From Octopus bimaculoides (Eukaryota), in the NCBI RefSeq assembly GCF_001194135.2, contig NC_068984.1, positions 49,222,011-49,286,010 on the forward strand: DNA of 64,000 bases, given 5' to 3'. Position 1 is the stretch's first letter. Every line of letters begins with the position of its first letter. The position numbers and the translations under genes are program-made. The notes under the pieces are model-generated. The model saw only the letters and a program-made list of their open reading frames with translations. It searched no databases and was not told the origin of the DNA. Below are positions 26,488 through 38,242 of this stretch, piece by piece.

Positions 26488-26520
26488 CATTATTATTATT
26501 ATTGTTGTTGTTGTTGTTGT

Positions 26521-26735
26521 TCAGTAGTTTTATTTTTATAGCGTGCTTTCACTTCACTACCGAGCGCAGCTCTGTGTGCCTTGGGTATGTGCTGTGGTTT
26601 GCTGCGGTGCTCTTATGGTTACTGTATTGAAATTGTTTTGCGTAGGATGTGTGCAGTGCCCAGGAGTGCAATTTTCTGTATGTTATATATATATTTGTAA
26701 GTCCTGGTATTTTTGTTATGTATTTGTCTGAATAT
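26521..26735 (-). mobile_element. R4/Dong-like subfamily 1, short 3' fragment
   Basis: YNIQKIALLGTAHILRKTISIQ* plus subfamily-1 3' UTR; (TAA)n on both sides. Confidence 0.92.
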
Positions 26736-26785
26736 TTTTATTATTATTATTATTATTATTACTATTATTATTATTACTATTATTT

Positions 26786-27300
26786 CTTTTTCATCACAAG
26801 TTTTGCTGGAGCTCCTGCAGTCTTGCATGCATAACAGGCTTATTACCTGCAGCCTACGGTAGCATGCTATTCGTTCTTTTCAGCTATCTTATACTTTCTT
26901 GATTAATATGGCCGTGCCAAGGAGGCAAATCTTTTGTAGCAGTTCTACTGAGCACTCAATTCCGATTTACTTCATATTCCTCTTGATTCCTCCTGATACA
27001 CTCTTCAATGACCTACCAATAACTGGCACTATCTTCGACACTTATTTTCCATTGCTGGGCTATTTCGTACTTAAGAGGGTTGTGTATGCGTATCTTTTTA
27101 CCTTCCCTTTTCACTATTCGTGGGTCAAAGGGGAATGCAACATCAACTATATAGCATATGTGGTGCACCTTGTCCACCACTAATAGGTCCAGTCTGTTAT
27201 ACTCTAGCACCTGATCTGTTGGATTGGGAAATCCCAGAGGATTTTGCTAGTATCCGATTCCATCACTCTGTGATACCACGTCATGGCTCTCTCTAGCCCC
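26786..27300 (-). mobile_element. R4/Dong-like subfamily 3, 3' fragment
   Basis: VMESDTSKILWDFPIQ; LEYNRLDLLVVDKVHHICYIVDVAFPFDPRIVKRE; PLKYEIA; third type of 3' UTR. Confidence 0.88.
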
Positions 27301-27303
27301 CAC

Positions 27304-27369
<66 letters not shown>

Positions 27370-27890
27370 GAGTGAGAGAGCAGGTAAAATATACGAAGCC
27401 CAGTATAACCATCATGACTACCCGTCTGATAAGGGTACACCAGCATCACAACCATATGTGCACGATATGGTGATCTCATATCAAGATAAACAGCGCATGA
27501 CCTCGCAGGTAAGGCCCAGTTAGAATTTTCTTCAGGTCGAGTAGCACATCCTGCTCAAAAGATCCTTGAATAAGGGGTGTTTAAGGATATTGAACAAAAC
27601 ACCCATGCTTCCAGAGGTGAATTACCCAAACCCCAAAGAATTCCTCTGAAAACATAACGTTGACGTTCCTACACTACTGCCCGTGATCGGAGATGCACAT
27701 ATCGTTAACCACCAAGGAACATGCTCAACTGGTTAACGTCAAACAACTGACAAGCAAATCTGTGGTATTGAGTAGAATATTTGCTGTAGCCCATCTTTCA
27801 TACCAAGACAAAACAATATACATGATAACACTTCCAGTCAGTTAAGATTAGAAGCCATGAGAACCACTGTCTGGTACTTCATCAGGGAAT
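27370..27890 (-). mobile_element. element D, full length, embedded in (TAA)n
   Basis: (TTA)n at 27305-27369 on the left; CATCAGGGAATTTATTA on the right; aligns with the other two copies. Confidence 0.9.
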
Positions 27891-27913
27891 TTATTACTGT
27901 CATTATTATTGTT

Positions 27914-28118
27914 AAGGGAGTGAGCTGGCAGAATCGTTAGCACGCCGGGCAAAATGCTTAGCTGTATTTCGCCCGTCGCTACGCTCTGAGGTCAACTTTG
28001 CCTTTCATCCTTTAGAGATCGATAAATTAAGTACCAGTGAAACACTGGGGTTGATGTAATCGACTACTCCCCCTCTTCACAAATATGAGACGTTGTGCCT
28101 CCAGTAGAAAGTATTATA

Positions 28119-28192
<74 letters not shown>

Positions 28193-28200
28193 CATTATTC
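27914..28200 (+). mobile_element. Meta-type tRNA-SINE with (ATT)n tail
   Basis: GAGCTGGCAGAATCGTTAGCACGCCGGGC head; GCCTTTCATCCTTT..GATAAATTAAGTACCAGT central domain. Confidence 0.85.
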
Positions 28201-28939
28201 CTCTCAACTGCTCGTTACTTCAATCATTACATTGTTTTGGCTCCTTGAATTCAGTATTAAAAACTATTTCTTAAATTCATTTGTTTGTCATTCAAAGTTA
28301 TTTGTATTAGATTACATTTGATATCTTTTTAATAGTTTTATACAAGTTATTTTCCAAGAACGCATTCCCAATCTGACCATGGGCTGAATAATATAAGTTT
28401 TGTTTTTCACTTATACAGTTGTACTGTTGATATGACTTGTATTCTATTTATAGGTAGTGTTCAGTATAAATGTTTGTAGTTCATAAATTACATTAGATAA
28501 ACATTAAATGTAATTTAACAAGTAAATCATTGTATTAATTATACCGTTATACCTCAGTCTTTTTCGTTTTAAAAATAATCTTTTAATTTGATGATACTTA
28601 ATCGGTATATGATGAATATATTTTGGTGCAGTCAAACAGAAGTCTACTATGTTAAACATATTCAGCATTATACTGACCATGTTGCAGAGTGTGTACTGAG
28701 GCTCAGAGATCTGTAGACATTTTTAAATGGCAACAATACTTAAAAGATATGGTCTCTTCGTGCGACTCGTCTTCCTACAATTTGTTTGTTTGATCGAGTA
28801 CAAAACTAGTACAAATCGAGGTGGATGACTCGTTTTTAGTATGTTACTAGGGGATCCCTGTATTCTATTTTTTAACAATACAGTTGGTAGTACGTTGACT
28901 TACATTTTATACAAGATTACATATGGATAGGAGATGTTG

Positions 28940-29340
28940 CTTTGTCCATTTCTTTCCTGTTTAGCTTAACCTAATATTTGCCATGTAGGGGCTGTTCTTG
29001 CCATCGTTTTATCATGAGACGTTGCTGTTCTAGTTTTAGTTTGGATTTCAGTTGTTTTACAGCTGGCTTTCTGTATAAGGCCTCTGCGACTTTCGATACG
29101 TTGCATATATAACCTTTTTATGTCAGATTTTGGATAGTGTATCCTAAATTCTGTCATTATTTTCTTGTTTTTCTGTCTATTTTAATTAGTTCATTTAGAG
29201 TCAGATAAAAATATTGTAGCTGTAACTTATTACTTGATACATACAGTCTGTCTGTGTCACTTTTTGGGTGGTGTATTCCATATCTAGTCAGCAACTTCCT
29301 TGTCTTTCTGTGTAAGCTGTTTCGTTCATGGGACGGAATA
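28940..29340 (-). mobile_element. two R4/Dong-like post-RT fragments
   Basis: RKTRKLLTRYGIHHPKSDTDRLYV and HYPKSDIKRLY..ESRRGLIQ (HPK.D..RLY..R..GGRGL motif). Confidence 0.8.
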
Positions 29341-29343
29341 GAG

Positions 29344-29386
<43 letters not shown>

Positions 29387-30424
29387 GTAGTAGTAGTAGT
29401 AGTATCATCATCATCACCATCATCATCACCATCATCATCATCGACATTATTATCATTATTACTCTTATATCGTTATCATACTTCTCAATATTATTATCTA
29501 AGATGTAAAAAATATATGAGGATTTTCTTTTTTTTAAAACAATAATTTTGTACTTCTTAGACAAAATACATAAAAAGTGTTCAGAGTTCACGAAAAAGTT
29601 GAAAGTTAAAAAATGCTGTTCGGAAATGCTCTAACAATATTTGTACAGCAAAATGTTTTTATTCTCCGTAACATGCTTATGTCTCATTCTTATAGGTAAT
29701 CTGTTACTGAAGAGACTTTTTATCAATCCAGTTGAACTAATTACAAATCATATAATAGAGACATTCGCCAACTGCTATAATATCTTTATTTCAACAGTAG
29801 GTTAGTTTGCATAATGCTATAATCAGTTGATATTTCTGCGACGATAATTTGCTCTTTATTCTAATTGCTGCCATGGAAAATTATGTCTGGCTTATTGTTC
29901 TTTCTATAAGTTAAACTGTATTATGGATTCATAATATCTTCTCATAGGCATCTTCTCTAAGACAAAAAGAGAGTCGTATACATAACTCAGGGATTAATTT
30001 TTAAAGAACTGAAATAGGGTAATTTGATATATGGAAATCATCTTTGGTACGTTGTTTTGTTGGAGCAAATATATTTAATAATAGAAATAAAAGAAAATGA
30101 TGAACACAATAGATTTCCTCCTTGTGCAGTCTAGTATTGTTCGAGGAAGTATAAAACACAGGTGATATTTATCACGTACATTGTCGGAAGAGTGTATTTT
30201 CCCTTCAATATACCTAGTGTGAATGAATTATTCTCATCTTGAAAATATTGTTGATTTCATTGCTACTTTGAGGTGGGATTTATCTATCCACACCGTGTTT
30301 GCTTTTATTGAAACCCGGTCCATGTATGTATTGTTATGGCGTATCTTTATTGGTATTCACAACGGCTGAACTATATGGCATCACTACGTACAATTTCGTT
30401 CTACCTTAGATTAAAACGCCTATT

Positions 30425-30575
30425 ATCAAGGGTGGAACTGCGAAAACAGAATCGTAAGAAATTAAGTCCGTAGCAGTACTTAGATGTACATTTTTACATC
30501 CTGAGTTCAAATCGCGCTGGAGCTAACTTTGCTATTGCTTTTTCTTCGGTAGATATAACTAGACAAAACAAAGCC
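30425..30575 (+). mobile_element. degenerate Meta-type SINE
   Basis: CTGAGTTCAAATCGCGCTGGAGCTAACTTTGC. Confidence 0.45.
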
Positions 30576-32511
30576 TTGTTCCTTTATCAGAAGTTAATAT
30601 TATCGATATTGAAGAAAGCGTGTTGGGTGGCAAGTTTGACAGGGCATTAGTCACAATTTCTTGCATTATTTAGTGAAGTTCATTTATGTTCAGAGGCTAA
30701 ATCTTACGGAGATCAATTTTGCTTTTCATGTCTCTTTGATCAATAAGTTAAATAACAAGATAAATAACAGCAATATATTGCAAATCGATACAATCAATTG
30801 TATTCTTCCTTTATAAATGTGAAGCCTTGTGAAAATGTAAGAAATCATTAATTTTAGTAATGAAGTCAAGTTAAGTGCTGTGCTTAATGTTATAATACAA
30901 TGTCTATAATAAAAAAAAAAACCAGTGACTTTTTTAAACAAGAATGTCGTAGTTTATCAACTTATAAACTCAATTTAATATATTATAGTTACCTTAAGAA
31001 ACCATGCTTACCCATTGTAATATCTTACGGTTATAATTTACATTCTATTAGATATTCTAATAATTATATTCATCATATATCACTGATCTGATTTAATCCT
31101 TAGCTATAATTTGTTGCTATCTCTCGACACTTCGTCATTGGTCATCATCAATATACATTTACGCTGTATCTATTAATTATTGTTATTACGTAGCTATATT
31201 ACGTTGAAGAGTCGTTAGGTGGCCAAGTAGAGTGAGTAAGTGAGTGAGTGAGTGAGTGAGTGAATGAGAGAATGAGTGAGTGAGTGAAGGGAGGGAGGGA
31301 TGGAGTGAGTAAGAGGGTACGTGCATAACACAGAGTGTGAGAAAGGGTTATAAGGAATGGGGATAACATTTGATCATTAATCAATGAGATAACCATACTC
31401 TTCTTATTTCTCTTATGTTTTGGTGCTAGAATCGATAAGAAAACAGTTGTAAAAGACTCATGATTTGGGCAAGGCAATTAAGCTTCCACTATTTAGTTGT
31501 CTGAGAGCAAAGCATTGAAAGAATGTAGAAGATCACAATCGTAAATCGCCAATCTTAACTTTTTGATGGTAAATTTTCTTGAACATTAAGACCAATGATT
31601 GTAAGCAAGGGTGTAAAATACATTTGACTAAAACAAGTCCAAAATATCAATATGAATATCAAAGGGTTTCATAAGAAATCGTAAATCTGCTACTAAGGTC
31701 TAGTTTCATTAGCATTGAAAGTAAAAAGGGGGAATTTGAGAGGCAATGTAATGCATTTCCGGACCTAAAAATAACAGGAACCAACATTTTCAAATCATAT
31801 CTTAGTCTTGAAAAAGGAAAGGTACATTATTGTTGATAAAGCTAGAATGCTTTTGATCAAAAATAAATTCATTTAAGGCATAACTTGTTGAGAAACATCA
31901 CATCAACTACAGCACATGGAGAAACTTTTCGTCTCGACCATATCCATAAGTACGCAGTTATTTTACAAGGTGAGATTATTCTAGAGGAGGAACGCATAAA
32001 CGGCTGCAAGTCGACATTTCCAAGAAAATATAGACAAGAAGGGAACTCCTTGTGAGGAAATAGTGTCCGTAGTGGTTAGTGTGATGTTTAGATAAATATA
32101 AGTAACGAGGGAGGAAGAATTAGTGAATCAGTAAGTCGGAATGCTAGGCTGACGACCAAATGTACACGACCAAATGTACACCGAAGACTGTACACCTCTG
32201 TATGAGTGATAGAATGAAAGAGGGTAGAGATAGTAAGCCTGTGGGTCAGTGTTTTCAAAACCAACCCATGCTAATCAATAGGATTACCTAAGCAACGTCC
32301 CTGAATAATAAACTGGGAGTCCAATACCTTTTCGAGTCCACCGGGTCTTTTGATTATACATTGTATATTATATATTCCATAACATTGCAGATATTTACAT
32401 TGCTAATCGAAGGTCATAAAATCTTAGTTTGATTTGAGTGTATCTGAGTGAAATACTCAAGTGGAATCTTTTCATCCTCCTACACTTCAGTTAATAATTA
32501 ATATCATTTTA

Positions 32512-32725
32512 AGGCGGCAAGATGACAGAATCGCTAACACGCTGGGTAAAATGCTTAACGGCATTTCGTGTCTTTATGTTCTCAGTTCAAATTCCGCCGA
32601 GGTCGACTTTGCCCTTCATCATTTCGAAGTCGATAAAATAAGTACCAGCTGAGAACTGGAGTCGATGTAATAAACTTATGCTCTCCCCCGAAGCTGTTGG
32701 CCTTGTGCCAAAATTTGAAACCAAT
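32512..32725 (+). mobile_element. Meta-type tRNA-SINE
   Basis: GTTCAAATTCCGCCGAGGTCGACTTTGCCCTTCATCATTTCGAAGTCGATAAAATAAGTACCAG; tail GGCCTTGTGCCAAAATTTGAAACC. Confidence 0.85.
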
Positions 32726-33306
32726 AATTAATATTATTTACAACTTGATTTATTCCTCATGATCTCATGTTTATGCATCTTCTTACCACTGGGATTTAAC
32801 ATGTTAACTATGATTTTGTATCTCATTGAAAATAGCCATCGCTTTGCTTTCACTAAACATTCTTATTGTATATCAATATTTCATTTAACAACTATTCAAT
32901 GGTGACCAATTGTTAACACAAGTAATATATTTCCGTGGCCTTCTCAAAATCATATCGGCTATACCTTTATAAACTAAACAGTTATGCCACTGTGTCCAAA
33001 ATATTTTAGCCTCCACTTGAATTCAGTCTAATAAACAAATTCAGGTACAACTTTCAATTGAAGGGGATATCACACAACTGTCTAAATATTCGATATTCAG
33101 CTGCTCTTTTGTTGCCGTATCACTACTTCGTTCATCAAAAAGCAGCTGCCACTTATGCAGTGTGAGAGAAATATATCAGCAACATACTTATATACATACA
33201 CGCGCACACACACACGGGCGCACGCAAACACACGGACACAAACAAGTACACACACACGTCTGTCTGTGTATGTATATATGTATGTATGCATGCATGTATG
33301 TCTATA

Positions 33307-33360
<54 letters not shown>

Positions 33361-33759
33361 CAGAAAAAATCATTGATAATTTAAGCTTTATAAATGGGTA
33401 AACCTGTGGGTCCTTAGTGTTAATGCTAAAAATACATTGAATCGTATTTTTTGCTATAGCAGTGAGGACGTAAGCAGGTGGACCATGGAAATACGCATAT
33501 ATATAACGATTAAAAATGCCAATTACGTTTTTAAGTCCTTCTTAGAATTGTACAACGAACTCAGCATGCAATCCTGTTCAGCAAATTTGATGGTTGGTTT
33601 TACAACACATGGAATATTGTTGATTACCAAACCCACATTATCTATTAATGTGTCGCATCTTGAAACAAAATTCAACATTGGTGTCTGTGTGTGTGTGTAC
33701 GTATGTACGAATGTATGTATGTACGTACGCATGTATGGATGGATGCTTGTATGTATATT

Positions 33760-33880
33760 ATTGTTCACCTTTATTTCAAGATTTCTTGCCAATAGAGAAA
33801 GAGCCTGTTTCTAATCTAGATTCAAGACTCCTTCATTGAAATTTCAACATCGACAACAGAGTATCATTGTTTGTATATGT
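33760..33880. repeat. interspersed repeat, second copy at ~49915-50030
   Basis: TTTATTTCAAGATTTCTTGCCAATAGAGAAA..TAGATTCAAG..TTCATTG.AATTTCAACATC.ACAACAG in both. Confidence 0.9.
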
Positions 33881-34749
33881 GTATGTGGTAAGAATTTTTG
33901 CCATACCATACTTCAAAACTACCTCAATCTTTTAATTCCTGAGTCTATTGATAAACATACCTAGCCCTTCTTTTGGTTAAAATTTACGTATACTGCTATC
34001 TATCACCCTTAATTCTTCTCTGTTCTTGGTCCAAACAGTGTGCTGAGGCATTGAGAAAGATATGTTGGTATTAATTTCCAGATCTCTATAACACGTTAAA
34101 CGATCAGTTAAAAATCGATTAATACGAAATACTAACCTCCTCAAGCATGACATTAATAAATAAACTTATATTGTAAAAGAGATAAAATATGGAACGAAAT
34201 TGAAGATAACTGGAATTTTTAACATATTGAAACAAGTTCAGATTTTTGCACCTTAAACTTTAGGTATGGATCGACAGGGAAGGCATACTTCAATTTTTTA
34301 ATGTGAAAAAATACTATTACGAAAATTGACATAGTCATCTATCAGAATAGAAATAAGGACATTTATAAAGGTTAGAACCGTTCAGAAGGTGTGCCAGCAT
34401 ATATAGAATATAACATGAACTCTACTGATTGATAAAATTTCTGAAACGTGTACGTGTGCTGCAAAAACAAGATAATTCATATAAACTGAATGTAAATATT
34501 TAGTTTATGCTTAATGGAAAATGTGAAAGGATCTTTTTCATAAATATAATAGAAAATACAGACAATCTTTTCGTTAAGGATTTCACTGTTCCCGAAAATC
34601 TCGCAGTAACGCGAAACATCGTCCGTTGATTTTCATGATATAAATGGGGATATTTCTCCAATATATTTGCTTTAAGAAAATACACCTTATATAAACACCT
34701 TTACAAAATATCACTTTAAGCATAAAAATCATTTTTTTCCAACACACAG

Positions 34750-36450
34750 TATCCTAAGTAGAACTAAAAACATTTGAAGAAAGAAAATAATTAAAGCAAT
34801 AAGAATGGAATATTAATGTTGTCGAATGCGGACTCACCAGAAAAGATATTGAGAGCTAGGTTCTGAGATTTAGTGCATATTGGAAGCAAAAACGCACTAT
34901 TTTCTGTCTCATAACACATCAGCATCATCATTCTCTTCAGAGATTGCAAAGTAATCCAAAATTCAATGATGTTTATTGCGTCTCATCTCTGCATTGTTTT
35001 AGAGTAGGAACTGAGCTCATTATGCACTCATCTTGTAATGTTTAAACTAGGTTTACGATTACGATTGCTGTTAGCAAAGATATACGGACCTTCTTCTATA
35101 AGTCCCGAATCTTTAGCCATAATTCGTATTTTGCTGAAATGAAATGTGTATAGCATCTAAATTCTCTTCTTGTTCTGATCTGCAGCTCCTCATAATACAA
35201 ACTCTTTTATGGGAATCTATCAAGTAAGCTATTTCATCTACAATTTCGAACCCTAGATCATTTGCCAATTATAACATCATGCTCGACATCTAATGATGGA
35301 AAAGTTGGCAAGTTGCCACTACAGTCCAGCCTTTGTTTTTTCTTTTTATCAAACACTATCGTAGTTTCACATCACCCCTCGATTCGGTTTCCTTATCCAC
35401 AGCATTCGTAATGCTAATCTTTTATTCCAGTAGTCGCTAAATGTAAGATCATCTCCATCGCATATTTCTATGAGCTGTTTCAAAGGGTTTCTCAGATTAT
35501 CCGAAGTGGAATTAGTTCTCACAGCTTGATCAATTGTCTAGAAAAAAGCAAGCTGTGTCCTTAGGGATTTATTCCACTCGCATTATCAGTAAAATCACTT
35601 AATGTCACTGGGTAGCTAGGTGTATTGTCAAAAACGAAAAATACTTTCGACAGCATGGCAAAATTATTTGGAATTGAGTCTTAGAAATGGCTTTAAAAAA
35701 TTTATTATGCATGGATAAATAAATGGAACAGAATAATCGCAGGTAGAATTAGAATTATAAGTACAACTTTTAAAGATATATTCTTAATTAATTCGTTACC
35801 CTACTTGCATCATAAATCCAATAAAGCATTAAGCTATATCCATAAACAATCTATCCAACCCAGCCTAGTTAAAAAACGTTTCTGTTCATCTTTAAAATTT
35901 CTCGTCCTAGAAACAAATATGTACGGATTCTTCCATGTGTTACAAAGACGTTCTTTCCAGATGTCATTTCAATAAGAAAACTAAATACAACGGGGAAACA
36001 ATCCGAACGGTTAACTATAGAATTAGAAGAAAGAAAAGTTACTTTAAAAATCCGTTTAATGTAACTGGCACTATGCCTAGAGCCGAGCCTTTATTTGATT
36101 ACCCACCACATCTGCATAAAAACCTTAAGTTCATTACAAAAACAATATTCAAATTTTTTACGTCACTGCTCTAAATTTTGTCTAATTCTTGCATAGAAAC
36201 TTTTGAAATTGAATTAACCAAACACCAATCTAAGCTCTAGTAATTGTATTTGCATCAGTTATAATATTTATCCAGTAGCTTCTAATTTTCTCGCTAAGAA
36301 TAGTTTGCCAAAGCACTGTACATAACGAAATCTTCTCTGAGGCATACATTAACTCCACTTTATTATTTTTTAACTTCATTACAATCAACATACCTACACG
36401 AAAGTAACTTCCTTATCTAGCTACATTTGGATTACGAAAGCTAAGGAAAT
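34750..36450 (-). mobile_element. heavily decayed Tigger/pogo transposase
   Basis: SKVFFVFDNTPSYP (LDNAPGHP-like); TIDQAVRT..LKQLIEICDGDDLTFSDYW (QPMDQGVI-like); DLGFEIVDE; C-terminal IEEG..VHNELSSY. Confidence 0.65.
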
Positions 36451-36587
36451 ACACACATCATTTAACTTTCAATTTCTATACTAGCATGGGTCGGACTATA
36501 TTCATATATTCTTAGACATATAAATGTATGTATTATACTTCTATATAATATTTTTGTATAATATAATATAATATAATATAATATAAT

Positions 36588-36801
36588 CCTTTCTCCTATA
36601 GACATAAGGCCTGAAACTTTAGGTGAGGGGACTAGTCGATTACATTGACCCCAGTGCGTAACTGGTACTAATTTCATCGACCCCGAAAGGATGAAAGGTA
36701 AAGTCGACCTCAACGGAATTTGAACTGAAAACGTAAGGACGGACGAAATGCCACTAACCATTTTGCCCGGCGCACTAACGATTCTACCAGCACCCCGCCT
36801 T
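36588..36801 (-). mobile_element. Meta-type tRNA-SINE
   Basis: Reverse complement GGCGGGGTGCTGGTAGAATCGTTAG..TTCAAATTCCGTTGAGGTCGACTTTACCTTTCATCCTTTCGGGGTCGAT. Confidence 0.88.
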
Positions 36802-37872
36802 GTATAATATATAATATAAAATGCAGATATATATGTACACACACGCATACATATAGTATATTATTATTTATTATAATAGGTATCACTATAAATTTTTGAA
36901 ATTATTTTAATGTAATTTCTATTGTACTTCCTTTCTGAGGGCATCGAAAGAGAAAAATTTTGATACCTCATTTGTAAAATGTGGATGAATACTTTAGGAA
37001 ATATGTCGATTTGAATGGTTAGCGAATTGGTGAAAATCTTGCCTAATTGGCCTAAATGAATAATTAGCGTTATTTGTGATGTCATTTCTTTGAAACAGAG
37101 GTGAAAATTAATAGTTACCAATTGTACAGCAGTTGACTTTTTCTCAACTTCTTAGAAAAGAAACTTTGGGTTGGGAAGTAATTTTTTTAATATTTATGTA
37201 AAGCCTGTTTAGTCAGATAAAAAACAGTAACTTTTGCGGTGTTTTCAAACCTAGGAAAATCCAAGAGTATAAACCACAGGGACTTGCATTTTGCCACATT
37301 TGCAGTAGGTATAAAAATATTTGAGATTTTGGGACACAGCACCATCTCAATAATATTTTCATGGGCAATTAAAAATGGCTATAATTGAAATTAAGATCCA
37401 TAAGATTTTGACCTTTTAACCTAATTTGAAAATTATTTTTGTTCTGTTTATAATTATACCATATGTCACATATATATACGTATACGTACTAATACATCTA
37501 TGTACATATGTATATATTAATATAACAATATATACGGGCTCATAGAGAAGTTTTCGATATAAATATATACCCAGCTCACAATGCTAGAAAGTAAACATTT
37601 ATAGTGAATCTGCCAGCTGGTTTATAAACGTAAATTTATTGAATAAAGTATAATAATTAGAAGGACATATCTAAACAGGAGTACATAGAGATTCCGAGGT
37701 GCAGAATTCCAAAACCATGTGGTCATCGGAAGGTAATGATTTCAATGATATGCAAAAAAAAAAAAAAATTGTTCAGGCATTAAAAATGGGTATAATAGAC
37801 AGGAATGTTATACATCAATGGGTAAAATGTATTTTCACAAATATCAGAATCTTTGAGTATTGTCTAAGACAT

Positions 37873-38230
37873 TATCTATAACTAAGGTGAGACCAAATAA
37901 GGGCTAACCCATTTAAGGGATTATTCATTTGTATTGGTCTAAGTTGTGAAGTTCACTAGTGTAGGTTCAATAATTAAGTGTAAAATTTTGTACAGTTAGC
38001 ATATAGGAAGGATTTATATTTTAGTTGCTAGCATCAATGGATAATAAGTATTTTTACAAATAGCAGAATGACTGAATATGGTCTAATATGTGATCTATCA
38101 CTAAGGTGAGAACAAATTATGGTTAACAAGGCAGTTACTGATACACTTGTATTGATCTAGGTAGTAAAATGCCTGCATGTGGTCCACACATTATCTATTT
38201 CTAAAGTAAGACCAAATTATGGTTAACAAA
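37873..38230. repeat. three degenerate copies of a ~35-bp motif
   Basis: ATCTA...CTAA(G/A)GT(G/A)AGA(C/A)CAAAT(A/T)A(G/T)GG(C/T)TAAC at ~37873, ~38094 and ~38194. Confidence 0.7.
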
Positions 38231-38242
38231 GGCAGAGAATTA

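Noticed and set aside
25330-26520. (CAA)n segments in (TAA)n tails as fossil RNA-editing traces
   Set aside because: The change is T-to-C on the element's sense strand, not A-to-G, and its position in the tail varies; point mutation plus slippage suffices.
27835-27890. Short resemblance of element D (+ strand) to U2 snRNA (ATCAGTT.A..ATC.GA; CCTGGTA.TGCA)
   Set aside because: Two short patches with wrong spacing, no Sm site or U2 5' end; probably coincidence.
27870-27890. CTGATGA at the 5' end of element D as a hammerhead core
   Set aside because: The other full copy has CTGATGC and no GAAA partner follows.
31870-32065. Open frame AHGETFRLDHIHKYAVILQG with a donor-like AAG|GTGAGA
   Set aside because: Weak acceptor, no homology recognised, no partner exons.
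34838-35133. Minus-strand segment with strong acceptor (TTTCATTTCAG) and donor (GTGAGT)
   Set aside because: Stops in all three frames; lies within the decayed Tigger transposase.
37873-38230. Repeat-spacer pattern as a CRISPR-like array
   Set aside because: Only three degenerate copies with 65-185 bp irregular spacers, eukaryotic context, no cas genes.
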